A DNA stretch of 64,000 bases, from assembly GCA_000934665.2 (NCBI GenBank), contig JYFJ02001036.1:1-64000 (forward strand). Direction: 5' to 3'. Numbering within the stretch: the first letter of the stretch is position 1; every line of letters starts with the position of its first letter. Of this stretch, positions 51,101-63,941 are shown one piece after another. This stretch comes from Catajapyx aquilonaris. Its lineage: Eukaryota. A model generated the notes under the pieces. That model did not search any database. It had not been told where the DNA came from and worked only from the letters and a program-made list of their open reading frames with translations. Position numbers and translations under genes: made by a program.

Positions 51101-54100
51101 GAACCAGCCTAAACCAACAAAATAGATACACAGTGATCTCTCACATAATTATGTTCTTCCACCCAAAAATACAACAACATTATATAAAAGGTCATTTTAG
51201 GGGCGGTAGCCCGTAAGTAAGTCCAAATATGCAATTTCAACAATGAATTTTTCCAACATCATCTTATTATTCTCGTTACGGTACATGTAAACGCAAATTG
51301 GTGAATTTTCGAGGGTCTTTTTCTATTGGATTCTGCACTTTCAGGAGCAAAAATTTCCAAGTCTGATGGGTTTAGTTTTTTTTTTCTTATTTTTTTTCTT
51401 TTTAAAATAAAACCCTGCCTACTGATTTGATGACTAGTTTGCAGCAGTAACTTTTATTGGCCATTCCATCCAGTACTTCAAAATTGCGTGAGTAAGACCT
51501 ATGGAATAGCTTAAATCAATTGGTGAAGGTCTTACGCGCCTGTCTTGTTTCAGTACTTTAATTCCGCCATGGAGGTCTTACTACCCTTTTTTTCACTGAA
51601 GGAACTGTTTTTGCTCTTATTAACATTAAAACAAATACTTATACTTCATTCTCCTAAATTTCTAAATTCAAATTTTTTAAACTCAAAGGAAGACTGACAG
51701 GTGGAAATTTCACTATCTAGGTCCTGTACTATTCCTGCAATGTACCTGGCATAATATATAAATTATAGCCAGAGAAAGTAGAGCTGACACCTCAAGCAAA
51801 AACCCAGTATGTGTGGTTTTTATCATTTCGAGATAAGCGCATTTGAAGTTTTCACTTTCCATTGAAAAGGATATACAAACATGGTTTTACTATGCCCCTA
51901 ACTTTGCAACGGAGACTTGTAGAGAAACGAGGTTTGTACCATTACGTAGGCCACATAAAGGGGATTGCGGTGGTATGCTTAGCTGAACATACATGGTTTT
52001 TGCTTGGGGCGTCAGAGAGGCTTGCTGACAACAGTGCAAATGCATAAGATTTCTATGTCCAGGAGGTCACAAGTAGAATGATAGCATCCGGCACTGAAGC
52101 ACTGGCAAATTTTGAAAATTAATTCTGCAATATTAACACACACCTTGCTTTGTCACTGCGGTGAATGACACCAATTATATTTCTGTGTCTTCACCCCTCA
52201 GCCGGGCCACATCTACATGAACTTAGAGACATAAATATAAAATTTAATTAATCTCTCTATAAATAAAACACAACATTTGTGTGTTCAGAAACTGATACGC
52301 AGACAACTTAGGGAACGGAAACTTGGCATCCCAGTAGGTGATTTATCTGAACCCAAAAAACTTTGTAATAGGGCTCCCCTTTAACAAGTCTGGGTAGATG
52401 AAACATTCCTTAACTTCCCATACCATCATTGATATTTTACAGGAACCCCTGGGTAACAAGCAGGCATCAGTCCATTACCCACCCAAACCCATGGGCTAAG
52501 ATGGCTTGGAATAATACACAACTGGAGCTGGACTGGGAGTGGTTGGCTTGGGGATTAAGGGTGGGGAAATCCGTCCTGCAGAAGTGGAACAGGAGGACGC
52601 TCCAGAAGATACAATGACATAACAGCACCCTGTCAGGACATCAGAACAGATGCAAGCTGGCACAAAGCACAGACAGAGTGCTAGTCAAATACACAGAGTG
52701 TCTGAAATACACTGTATTATACAAGTGGGACACCAAAAGTGAAAGCATCATCCTTAATTGCCAAGTTCCACAGAATTTTGTCAAAAAACTGCTCCTATGG
52801 TTGTACAGCTCTGAGAAATTTGGGAAAACAGTTCTATGGGCGATTTCAGTCAGTCCAAACAGGAATCCAGTTAGCATTGAGAAATGCATCGCAGTCCCAG
52901 GTTAAAATGTGACCATGTGCCAAAACAACTTTATTCCTATGAATAATGCCATAGGGTGTGTGAGATCCCTAAGTCAGTCCAGTTTTCAGGGACTGGAGAT
53001 AATAGTGAGGAATGTATATGAAGGTGAGCTGGGCAGGTAGAGGAGTGTGAGCCAGAAAAATTCAGATTGGGGCATTGGGCAGTGAGGTTTAATAAATCCA
53101 GGAGAGAAAATGGACTAGGCAGCTATTCAATTAAGGCGGAGGAGAGAAAAAAGAACCAGGAGGAAATGATGGAATGCTAGTGACATGACAGTCAGGGTGA
53201 GGATGGGTTAGTGGGACATGAGGCCCCTTAGAAATAGTGTCTGTTCATTATTGCCATTTTCCCGTACAGTCTAATGGCAGTAGTTTGGTATTCCAACATT
53301 AACCATTTCTTTCCTAGTGCAAGAGGTAAAATTAAAAAATTAATATAGAAAAAATTAGAAAAATTCTTTCCTAGTGATGAGAAAATTATGCAAAGCAGGG
53401 GTCCATGTGGAAAGTATACAATTCCACCAACAAACTAATAAATGCATCAATCAATAAAAATCAATCAATAACTCATCCCCACAGACTATCAGATCCATTC
53501 AATGATTCTTCTGACAAGAGTTCATCTCAACCACCAGTTCCCCTACTTAGTCATCCCTAAAGAGAGACTAAGGTCCGAACCTTCGACGTCTCACACAAAC
53601 CTGCGGGAGGCGCTCACAGAGGGGAGTTAACAGGGTTCTTCTGCCAGCGCGAGTAAAAATTATCACATTTTAGAGTAACAAAATTAACTACTCCCAGGAT
53701 TCTTTCCCCATCAGGGATTCACGCCATTGGAAAGTTTCTCGAGAAGATTATGGCCCCTCCCAACAAAGCAGTTTGGTGGAGTGGATAAGGTGTTCGACTG
53801 CTAATCGGGAGGTCCTGGGTTCGAGTCCCGGGGCCGGCAATCCTAACTGTGGTTTTCTGTGGTTTCCCACAGTCCCCCCAGGAGAATTCCGGGATTGCTT
53901 CCTAAACAATAGGCCACAGCCACTTCCTTCCGTCCCTATCCTATCCCAAAAAGCAAAGTAAAAATGAAAGTAAAGAGGTCCAGTCAACACAAAATTGGGA
54001 TGAACTCCCCCCCTAAAGAGCCGCAGGCTGATAACCAGGTATGAATTATTATTAGAATTATGAATTATTATTATTATGGCCCCTCCTGCAGGGTTGCATG

Positions 54101-55353
54101 AGACGTTGAAGATTAGGGCCTAAACATTTAAAAATCACCTGACCCAGTAAACTCCAGCAGAATTCTCTTTTGCTTCAACAAAAAAACATGCAAAGAATAT
54201 ATCTCGAAATGTGGACCCCTGCTTTGCATGGAATCCCACTAGTATTACACAAATTAATAATGTTAATCTAATCCATTGGCCACTTTAGTCACTATGCAGC
54301 TGAGAGTGTGAAAGGTCCATCCCTGGGAGGACAATCATTGCTGTTCTTGATAGATTTCCACACACAAGTTTGCAGTAAAATTGTAACATCAATCCACAAT
54401 TAATTGCAAATGAACATCAAACAACATATGTTTTGAAAAGTGACATACAGTACTGTAGGTACAGAAAAACCAATTATCTGCTCCAAAAACAGGCTTTGAG
54501 AGTAGCCTGGGATATTTGGAGACGAAGGAAGGGGCTCACCCTCCTGGCAACACTTACGGCAAGAATACTCACGCGACAAGGTCTCCTTACGTCGCATCTG
54601 CACTCCTATGATGGTCTCCATGGGGACCTCCGTGCGAGGGATGGACACCGCATGAGGCGGCAGGAAGATGGGCTGCATGTTTCCGAAGTTGCAGTCTGGC
54701 GCCAGGTTCTTCAGGCACACAGCATGAGACTGGTAATTTAGAAAGGAGAGTAATCTTCACTACTAGTGTCTCAGACCTGTGCACAGTCAAGTAGTAACTG
54801 ACAAACTATGATGATCATCATCAGTATTATTACTGCCACTGGTATTATTATTATCATCATCGTCATCATCATCATGAAATAACCCATTAATAAATAATAA
54901 TATGATATATTCCTCAGCTCAAACCACACAAATTCCACATTGCATGCTCACCGTGACACCACACCACTCGCAGCGAAAGCCAGCCAGGCACTCTGCAGAC
55001 CAGCAGGTCTTCTTGCACACACCACACTTGGAGTTTGGAGGCAAGTTACCCTCACGCCAGTGGTGTGTGTGTCTCACACTTGACAGCTCCTTGCCTGGCA
55101 CATATGTCGAGCACTCCTTGCAATTTGCCACAGCAAAGTCGGCACACTCCACATGCGTGTAGTACTCACATACTAGAAGTAATTGGGGAAAAAACAGTAG
55201 TAACATTAGCAATTTGCTTCCTGAAACTCAATTATTTTCTCATTACTTACTTTCACACCGCAATCCCCACTGATCCTCTAAACGTTTACGACAGATGTTG
55301 CAGTACTTGCGCTTGAAGTGGGCAGGTTCTGACCAGCAATGTGCAACTGGGTT
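38962..55353 (-). CDS. DGKQ: Diacylglycerol kinase theta (C1 domains, RA domains, DAGK catalytic and accessory domains); N-terminal exon(s) not found in the window
   Basis: Exons 55353-55251 (NPVAHCWSE), 55172-54952 (HHWREGNLP), 54729-54558, 49876-49766, 49698-49564, 49500-49383, 47038-46632, 45700-45566, 45501-45327 ([12 protein letters not shown]), 45258-45110 (CGGDGT), 44025-43846 (GNDLAR), 42392-42266 ([11 protein letters not shown]), 41878-41723, 41460-41304, 41106-40999 (PVQVDGEPW), then last exon 40403-40308 or 39102-38962. Confidence 0.95.
40308..40403 (-). CDS. DGKQ: DGK-theta alternative last coding exon A
   Basis: Pyrimidine-rich CAG acceptor at 40406-40404, phase 0; encodes [31 protein letters not shown]. 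Confidence 0.8.
   Translation of the reverse strand, partial: ATMLKKNRFRRRFTEPTIAPAPPLEAKTSEN
42932..43009 (-). CDS. DGKQ: Candidate DGK-theta cassette exon (78 nt, basic insert)
   Basis: Acceptor ttttgctgttttttcag, donor G|gtattc, phase 1 to 1, open frame (V)[25 protein letters not shown]. Confidence 0.6.
44072..44107. repeat. Compound (GT)n(GTT)n microsatellite
   Basis: Read directly from the sequence. Confidence 0.9.
44562..44809 (-). mobile_element. Short retroposed insertion (SINE or LINE 3' end) with (GTT)n tail
   Basis: 14-bp TSD GCATATGGCATCAA at 44548-44561 and 44810-44823; (CAA)n at the left end on +. A related copy begins at ~63942. Confidence 0.75.
45754..46405 (+). mobile_element. 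5'-truncated LINE (ORF2 C-terminal CCHC zinc knuckle, 3' UTR, tail), antisense in a DGK intron
   Basis: ORF 45778-46287 contains [19 protein letters not shown]; (AAAT/AAT)n tail; 10-bp TSD AACTCAATTC at 45744-45753 and 46406-46415. Confidence 0.88.
47368..48183. mobile_element. Long-TIR MITE (PIF/Harbinger-like ends) containing a nested element
   Basis: GGGTTGGATTCATCAATGTCGTA...CTGGTCGTAACC at left is inverted relative to GGTTACGACCAG...ACATTTGATGAATCCACCCC at right; further internal inverted arms at ~47745-47860 and ~47990-48090. Confidence 0.75.
47454..47697. mobile_element. hAT-like MITE nested in the 47368-48183 element
   Basis: Perfect 16-bp TIRs CAGGGTCACCTACATG / CATGTAGGTGACCCTG; exact 8-bp TSD GTTACGAC at 47446-47453 and 47698-47705. 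Confidence 0.9.
48548..49320 (-). mobile_element. Internally deleted, degenerate mariner transposon
   Basis: Ends TACAAGGGCTATTTTTTAA / TTTAAAAATAGCTCTGGTA; - strand remnant [23 protein letters not shown] matches mariner transposase C-termini. Confidence 0.85.
50658..50750 (-). CDS. DGKQ: Candidate DGK-theta cassette exon (93 nt)
   Basis: Acceptor ...tcttctcttgcgaaacactttgcag, donor G|gtattt, phase 1 to 1, open frame (Q)[30 protein letters not shown](A) joining RSISEEF. Confidence 0.55.
53761..54072 (+). mobile_element. tRNA-derived SINE, full length
   Basis: A box TGGTGGAGTGG (53774-53784), B box GGTTCGAGTCC (53818-53828), non-tRNA body, (ATT)n tail, 14-bp TSD ATTATGGCCCCTCC at 53747-53760 and 54073-54086. 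Confidence 0.92.
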
Positions 55354-55565
55354 CTGTAAAAGAGTACCAAGTAGATAATCAACAATTGGGCTAGCAGTAG
55401 AGCAGCACTCTTGATTTGCACATGCCAACATGCCCAATTCACTTCATGTGTTCTGCCCTGGCACATGGAAAGCATTATTAATTATTTTTTAAATACGCTT
55501 CTCACCTTTTAAAAACTGAATGGCCAATGTTCATAAATATGATCTCAAAATGTGATTCACTAGTG

Positions 55566-56037
55566 CAGGGCTATTCAACTGGCGGACCGCGGTCCGGAAA
55601 CAGACCGCGACGCAATTTTGTACGGACCGTGACGATATACAGGACAGTTTGAAATAGCATTAGAAATTACTAATTCATGATTTTTTGGAAAAAGTGCTTC
55701 AAATCTCCTTGAACCCGTTTAAAAAATTTTCGCCTGCGGCGGGCTGCCCCCTTGCCCTTTACGGCTTGTTCCCCTTGTGCTTATGAAATTGGCACCCCTC
55801 GGAAAAAAATTTTAAAAAATCTGCCTACACTCCTGTACAGGACTTCATAAAGGGCGAAAATGTCGTAATAAGCCCTTCTACCCTTGCTGCACATGTTTTT
55901 ATTTTTTAAAATGAACCTTGTTGTACCATATAAAATCCATATCTTTACCCAGGGTGGGGGGGGGGGGGTGTCCGGACCTTCAATGGCTCAGAAAAGGTAA
56001 ATACTGGACCTTGTCATAAACTAGTTGAATACCCCTG
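55566..56037. mobile_element. hAT (Charlie-like) MITE
   Basis: TIRs CAGGGCTATTCAACT / AGTTGAATACCCCTG; 8-bp TSD CACTAGTG / CACTAGAG with a CTAG core. Confidence 0.88.
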
Positions 56038-59000
56038 CACTAGAGCTTTGCAGGATGTTTCATTATAAGGTCATTTTATCAAATTGTGGAATAAATTTGT
56101 ACCGCAATTGTCAAAACACATCAAAATAAACAAGTCCTAGTAATGTCAAATAAGGAAACAAAATACCCCACTGAACAAAAAGCAAAATAAGGGGCGTTTA
56201 TCATGGAGCATGTAAAAATATGCTGGCACCTGTGATTTGATGGCAGCAGTTGCATAAGTGTGGAGAAAAGTGTTCAGAATGGGTGCTGTCTGAAGCTAGC
56301 AGTTCATGTGGTGTGTATTTACAATAATAAGATATTGCTTTCTTATGCAATCAAAGAAATTAGAGTTATTATGGTGCAGAAATTAACACCAGCTGCCCCA
56401 TCTCATCCAAAGTATGGTCAATCTAGCTTCCTCTCAGATGGGATTTCCATTTGACTAACCACCCAGGGAAATTCCCTAAAAGGCGGATTGATGTTGCACT
56501 TGTGCCTTCCCTCTCAGACACCTTTCCATTTGCAACAAGGTTCCAATCTGTACCATTAATATTGCAGAAAAGTGTTTATAATGGAATTGCTCCACCACAA
56601 AAAATTCTATAATGAACATATTTCTGCCACTGGTGGCAGAAATAAATTGAAACTCCACTGCCAGAACCAATAAAAAATTCTGCATTGGACAAGCTCCTGC
56701 TATATTCTGAGTCTACCATCAAATTGTATATTAGGCATACATCAAAGAGTCAATTTAAAAACCAGTTTCTGAATAGGTACTGTACAGTACCTCTATCCAC
56801 CCCAGTACTTGTCTGCATCATCTAGCATCATTCATTGATACCCAAAACACCTGTCAGATTGTCGTCAAGATAAGCAGCATAACTGCACCCACTCCCATAA
56901 GTAGCAGAAACAAGCAGAAATCATCATTGTTCGAATGTTCAGATAGTGGAAACTGCATTATTATAAATATATTGTACTGTATATTACGCTTTACTGTACC
57001 AACAATGAAGAGAGTTAAACTCTCAGTTTATCATTGACAATCACTTCTCAGTGGCACAACAGGCTAAAGGCATTAAACAGTGGGTCACCGTTTGTTTTAA
57101 AATTAGTTTGCATCTTGCTACAAAAAATCTTTATGTGTACTGTATGATTGGACCCATATACGTAATTAATATCAAAGAACTGTGAGGCAGAAAAATCCAG
57201 CTATGTTCAAGAGAAACTGACGGTGTCAATTAGAACCTTAACGTATGGCCGTTTTCCTAGTTTCTCCTCACCTCCACATGATGTCAGCCTTTCCTAGTAA
57301 TTTTTACCATCCTGTGTACTTGTTCTACTGAAGTCCCTGTCCACACATTTTGTGGTCATTTAAATGCCTTGCGAAGTTTCGAAATGAAAAGAGATATCAA
57401 AATCCACATTCGGAAATTCGGAGAAATTCGCAAGATCCCCTTGCAATAACATACGTAAACATGAAGAAGAATGCCCGCTTTTTTCCTGGGTCACTCGCGT
57501 AATAACATCCAACACATGGCTACAATATAACTTTCAAATTCGACAAGATGTTCCCTGTGCCAAAAATGCGTCATTGCAAACTAATTTCGGCTCTTTTATT
57601 GTTGTCCTGTCCGAACGCTGTGCAACACACAATACACATTTCCAAGACACGCTATAGACTCTTAATTTATCATCTTTGCCCAGTTTATTGCCCCCACCCT
57701 CCCTCCCCTCGCCCTGCAGCCGAATTTAGGTCAATGGTACACATGTCAAAATCTGCCAGCAACGACTCCAAAAACCATGACGACTAAAAATAGACGCGAG
57801 TGGCAATCCAGACGAGCGAATCTGAATGACCCAAGGTGAAAGGGAATCTCCGCATGATGACGTATTGGGTGACCTAGTTTCCCATGTGACGTCATTCCCC
57901 CTCCTCTCCCCGCCATCCCTCCCTCCTTCCCCCACCCAACCCCACCCTCCAATGATTGTCACTGGGGCTTCCTCCAGCTATTTTTAGATCCTATCCCCAG
58001 AACCTTGGCCCACTTCTCTATTCCCCCCCAATTTCCCACTCATAATTATTCCTCCCCAACTGAACCTAACTGCTCAATCAATCTCCCGGTTACGCCCATT
58101 CACTGGCTCAAACTTAGCACGCCCCAACCCGGTTCCAATGGCCCCTATTTATTAATAAGCAACACAAAAAAACACTAATTATTATTGGCAGATGAGCTGT
58201 ATGCACATCAATCCCTTACAGCTAGGGCTAATGTGTGAAATTTTATTGTTCCTCATAATTATAATTTAAATGCGTAAATAATGCAGCACGTGTATGGTTA
58301 TGAACAAACTAGGTCCGGCAGCAACGGCAATCAATGAATGGCAATGCCGACCAGTAATTGAATGACATGCGCCCTGATTATAATATACAGTATATATTGT
58401 TTGAATTTTATGCTCGTTGAATGGCACGTTGGAGCTGCGGGGAGAAATATATGTTTCTGTAACCCTTTTTTCTGGTATTTTATTGATTTCACGGACTTGC
58501 CAGATGTGGCAACACCGCCCTACGATATTTTGTTAACGGCGATTTTATGCTGCGAATAAACCCACTGCACACTAGTCACACTGGTGGCAATTTAGCCCAT
58601 TCTTCCAAGTGTTCCATTTATCAAAATGGCAATTAATTGGCAGCCTTTTGAAAACGCCGTCTACGTGTCCGAACACGAAGCTCCAAAAGCGTGAAGGTCC
58701 CTGTTCTAGTGCCGAGACTCATTCAAAAGGATCAAAGTGGACGGCGGCAACTTCGATTACAAAAGCACTAGTGGCACGAGGCAGACTTTGTTGCCAATGT
58801 CTCTCCTAAAATATCTGAGTCAGAGTCCATCGACCGCCACAATACTGCGTATCAACGCCGCTCTCTCCAAATATTATTTATAATATTCAATCGACGTCAC
58901 GTGTCAGTTAAGCTCATCTTTTCGTCGCATTACAAGCTGGTTTACTTATTCAAGCTTACTATGTCAGTGTATACTGTGTCCCATTTGCGCTTCACTGCCT

Positions 59001-62000
59001 CCAAATAACCGGATGAGTAGTTTACAATCAATCAACCTCCGGCGTTGGCAACGATATTGATTGATTCTTTTCCATGACTTTATTCCGCATCCGCATTTTT
59101 CCCCTGACAAATTATGCCCACGAGCCCGGCCATTACTGCCCACGTCCAGACTACAGTAGCTCCTCTCCAGCTCAAGGGTCATCAAAAAATAGGAGCATCC
59201 AGTGGTTTTTGCTCTCATCCTTGCGCAGCCTCCCACAACAATGCAGCACTATAAATTAATCTCATTTTTCCTCGCCGGCCCTCCTGTGTGCAAGACCAGC
59301 AGCAGCAGCATCCATCCATCTATCCCTCTCTTCCTCCTCTCCTCATGTTCCCCTTGCCTCTTCCTCTACCACCACCACCACCATTCCTCCCCACCCCGAC
59401 TCGCCATTCCTCCTCCTCCTCCTCTTCCCACCTTCCTCCCCCTATCCAGTCCTCCCTCCCAACCCTCCCCTATCCGCTTCCATGGCAACGCATCTGCCGC
59501 CGGATCGATGGCTTTCCTACTACCACGTGACACACTCTGCTTGCCCACCCTTCTCTACCCCTAACCTTACCACTCTTACTAAACTCCAGCGTCTGGGAGG
59601 GATCTGCATCAGCACCACCCCGCCTCCCACCCCTTCCTGCTTTCCTCCATCCCATGGTTTTGGACCATCCAAAAACAACTCAAAAAACTAACAACAAAAA
59701 AAGTAGACAAAGGTGCGCTGTTATGCCTCATCGCAATGTCCTACTCCAGCCGGCCTTTCTGCTGCGCTCAATGGAGCATACTGCAGCGGATCGTGCCACG
59801 ATTTGCACAGCGACACTATGCGACATTTGTCTATTGCAGAGCCACAGACGGTGCTGATAAAATTATTTCCCGGTGCCATATATTCCTCTCAAAGCACACG
59901 CCCTACAGGTCCGAAAATATCAAACGTAGCAGCCATTCGGCCAAAATAACCAGGAAAATGTCAATGTCGTTAGGATTGGCCTCACGGGCAGAACGCCTGA
60001 CCTGAACAGGCTTGCTTCACTAGATCACCAACAACCAGAAGAGGGTAATGTCATCCTGGAAGTGACTCCGTATAGGCTACTCAGCTCGGATAAGCCGTTC
60101 TCACAAAGTCGTAGCCATCATCCCGAAATGACCGTAATTTTCTAGGGGAATGCCCAACGGGTCCTCCCCTCAATCCAGCTGGTGTTAAATCTTGATTATT
60201 TTCATAAGGTACTCAAGAGGTGGGCATTATCCTCATCCCGTAGCTAATACCAAGAAGAAGAAAAAAGCAAGTTTCGTTTGTTTACATGGTACGACAACTC
60301 ACCCTGATCAGCGTGGCTGCGATGCTGGTGCATGGCGATACGACCGTACGAAGGCAGCGGTCGTGTACCACGAAGTTGCACACTGAAACAAATGGAAAGG
60401 ACAAGGTCGATTAAGCACGCTATTGAATCCGTTTGAGGGACTTTATGGTATGTTAACTAGCTTCAAATTGATCGATGCACTTGCATGCGCTCAGGAAAAC
60501 GGATTGGAACAAAAATTTTGCTCCTCTCGGTAGCCATAATCATTAGCACGGTACGCCGACAAAACGGGTCGAGTGGCACGTGAACGCAGAAAGCTCTGGA
60601 TACCACAGCCGGATGGTATCTATAGTAAGTACAGCTCGCTAATTCCATTCATGTCGAAATTTATGCGCTCCGTAATCTCTCAAATATTCGTGTAAATAAC
60701 TACCAAGCACCTGTAATTAGATTGTGAATGTTTAAATACTTTCATATTAACACTGAATGCGCGAACATAAATAGTAGCCATCAGGTTGATGTCAGGAAAC
60801 AATCAGGTCAAACAGTACGGCAGGTATTAATTCGCCTGATGAAGTACTACGCACTATCCCATATCACGTAATGACGCTAACCTCAATCAATCTGCAGCAC
60901 AATGAACACGGTATCTCTTTGACCAACAGCGAATTGCATCCATGAATCGGGCGCTCTCGCATCAGGAAAAAGTTCCACCACTTTGATCCTGCCAGTTAGG
61001 TTACCCGCTACATTGCCTATTCCACAGGATGAACGTGACCTTTATATACCCAAGGGAACATGGTTTTAGAAGGGAGCGTTCTTCTCCACCTGCAACAGCA
61101 CCAATCAGCATTTTACCAAGATGTAATTACATTTTCGAGGCTTGTGAGCAGCGAATGTTCCACATGGCATCTCCATAATCACTGGACCGATCATCCTCTT
61201 TCGCTCGATTGTATTAGGGTATGCATCACTACAACTGTGCATCAATTATACGGGAAAATTTAATTTCGCTTCAGAATCTAGGTTAAAAAATATAGCCTCT
61301 TCCCGTCTGATGATGGTTCCCTCGACCCCGCGTAACAGCACGAGGAACCCCAACCACCTGAAAGGACATCAACAGGTGCGTACTGTTGCACCTGCAAAGC
61401 CCACCTAATGATCTCTTCCGTTTGGAACATATAGGCTCTGCTTGGCTAACTTGGAGAATGGCGTGTGGGGAGGGAAGGAAGTAAACTGAAGCACTCCGGT
61501 CCTTAGGGGCCTGAAAGAAGCTGCAGTATACAGCTGAGACACACCCTTCCCAGACATCCGCAGTAATCGAAATGCACAAGACCACGCCACGTAACTCCTC
61601 ACGCATAGCGGCAGTCCAGGTGCGCCCCTTTTAGGCACTGCTCCAATTACGGTTTACTTCGGCTTCAAACACCCGCACCTCCCTCCTCCTGTGTACTTTC
61701 CACGAAGATTAATCGTGTTATGGATTACGGGCCTGCTCACGTCACCCGACTCGCTTACCGAAAAGTTACACTTTCCTCCTAACTATAGTATGCTGCACTG
61801 CATGGAAAGTGCGGGGAACACACGTACACATCTCATTTAGTAATGGTTACCATTACCATAATATGGCGCATTTTACATTACAGGCACGCAAGTCCCTGTT
61901 CAACCCAAGTAGTTTTCCCCTGCAAATAAAACAATTCCAACATACTCCACTATGGCGATGTGACAGTCTGATATGGGGGGAAAAAAACACATCTTTAACT

Positions 62001-63399
62001 CAAGGTATGAAAATTTCCCTCATGGAACACTAAATCCTCCTGTCAACTATACCACTGCGTTTGGAGGATGTTCATATTACTGTTGAAATCCGCTTTTCTC
62101 GGCCCCCGCAATGTAGAAAACATGTGTAGGCCAGCGACACAGTTTTGTAAGCCTATACGATCCGCCTACACCAGAATAAATACGGAGGAACAGTGAAAGG
62201 AGGAGTTTCCGGGAATTATTGAATAACTTGGGAGCAGAGATGCTTTTCCCTGCTGCACTTTTCAAGAAAGTATATATCTGACTACCACACCGAGGTAGGG
62301 TGGAACACCACTGAAGTTGAGGGTCTCGGCGGACACCCCCGAGTTGGGACCAAGACGCAAAAAGTTACGTGACCGGCCCATCGTAGCCTATCCCAAAGAA
62401 GTCGTATGTAAAACAATGAATATCTCACCTTTATTTGCACAATCTTCGGCAATTTTAATCAAGGTCCCAGCCTGATGCATTATTGCTAATGACACTGACA
62501 GTGAGTAAATAATGCTATAACATGACATAGTCCCATGAGGTACAGTCTCCGCACGCACCCCCTCACACAGAATGACGGAGAGGTGTTAATTGAATAAGTG
62601 GAAATAAATCAAAAACAACTCCGGCTATCAGATTTGGCCTGTTATAGTATGTATTGTTGTCATGCACCTGGTTTGCTCTTAGGTGGTATCAGTTTGCTTC
62701 TGATAATGTGGAATTGCTCGTGGTATGCGCAGGCTGTCATGATCCACAAGCACTGCCAGATTATTGGAAGCAATACCGTGGATTCTCAGCACTAAGGAGA
62801 TGCACTTGCAGCTGTTGCAGCAGGGTAAAATCCTGTCACAATATCAGATCTGGAAACCGGAGTGTTGCGACTCTTTGGTTACAAATCCCCTTGGAAGTGT
62901 TGTTTCTGGCTCCACACCCAAAAGAGAAGACCTAGGGCAATACCCTCCACCAAAACCCCCCAATACCTGGCAAATCTCCTCTCCAGATAATGAGAGCTGA
63001 CGTCATCGTTTGACGACCTCTGTGAGTCATGTAGTACAGAACATCAGTAACGTTCAAAATGTGTCCTCGGATCGTTCACCAAAAAAATACATTGGAAAAA
63101 GTAACTGAAAGCTTGAGTCGATATACAGTCTAACTGTGCTGTTGCAACTCCACTGAGTGCATGAAGAAATACCTTTATCACGGGCTATATCCGTGTCCAT
63201 AAGTCATATAAATAAATGAGAGGTAGATGTAGTAGCTGTGTAGTAGTGCTATTCATAATGCATTGCAGCACTTGAAATTGAGAAATTATTGTTGGAAACA
63301 CATGTTTTTGGAGTTTTGATGTTCCTGGCGGGATATTCGCTTAGAATTTAAGAAGAATGTTGTAATGCTCAATTGCCTTTTTAAAAATAAAAGCTTTCT

Positions 63400-63730
63400 G
63401 GGGAGGTGCGGTGGCCGAGATGGTAACGTCTCGGCTTGCTGAGTGAAAGGTCTCAGGTTCGATCTCCGCCTTCACCTGCGTCAGGAGGGTCTGACCCGCG
63501 CCTTGGAGGTGTCTGGCAACCTAACGCCTAACCTCCTGGGAAACATCACTTGGCCCATTTTCAGACATCGCACTTCCATGTTCCCTCCCCAAAAATCCCT
63601 ATCCTTACCCAATGCCACTGATTCCCTGCACCGGAGTTCGAAAAAAAAAAAAATGGAAAATATAAAATGGAAATATGGTAGTATTCCACCCCCCAACATT
63701 GACACTGGTCTCATGGGGTACAAAAAAAAA
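63400..63730 (+). mobile_element. tRNA-derived SINE, second family
   Basis: A box TGGCCGAGATGG (63412-63423), B-box-like GGTTCGATCTC (63456-63466), A-rich tracts; degenerate direct repeat TTAAAAATAAAAGCTTTCT / TTAAAAATCAAATATTTCT on the flanks. 3' boundary uncertain. Confidence 0.7.
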
Positions 63731-63941
63731 TTTAAAAATCAAATATTTCTAACCTGCATTCGATACGGCTCATGATTAATGCTCCTTAGCAGTTTTATGC
63801 CATATGCGTATTATTTCGTTGGTTAAAATGCAAATCATTTAAAGGAGTCATTTCAGTAGTTGTAACAGTCCCTCAAAAGCAAGGTTGGTTTCTGCCATCC
63901 TGATTTGTGAATGGGCTTTCAAGGCTCAGAATTATGGTTTC

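Noticed and set aside
51196..52384. Possible TTAA-flanked (Kolobok/piggyBac-like) element
   Set aside because: The ends match only loosely and the left TTAA is missing.
53770..53840. Possible tRNA gene
   Set aside because: No proper acceptor stem or terminator; it continues into a SINE body with tail and TSD.
61307..61358. CTGATGA plus a stem resembling a Penelope hammerhead ribozyme
   Set aside because: The required GAAA after stem II is absent (CCAAC); at best a dead remnant. The same applies to a - strand motif near 33460-33495.
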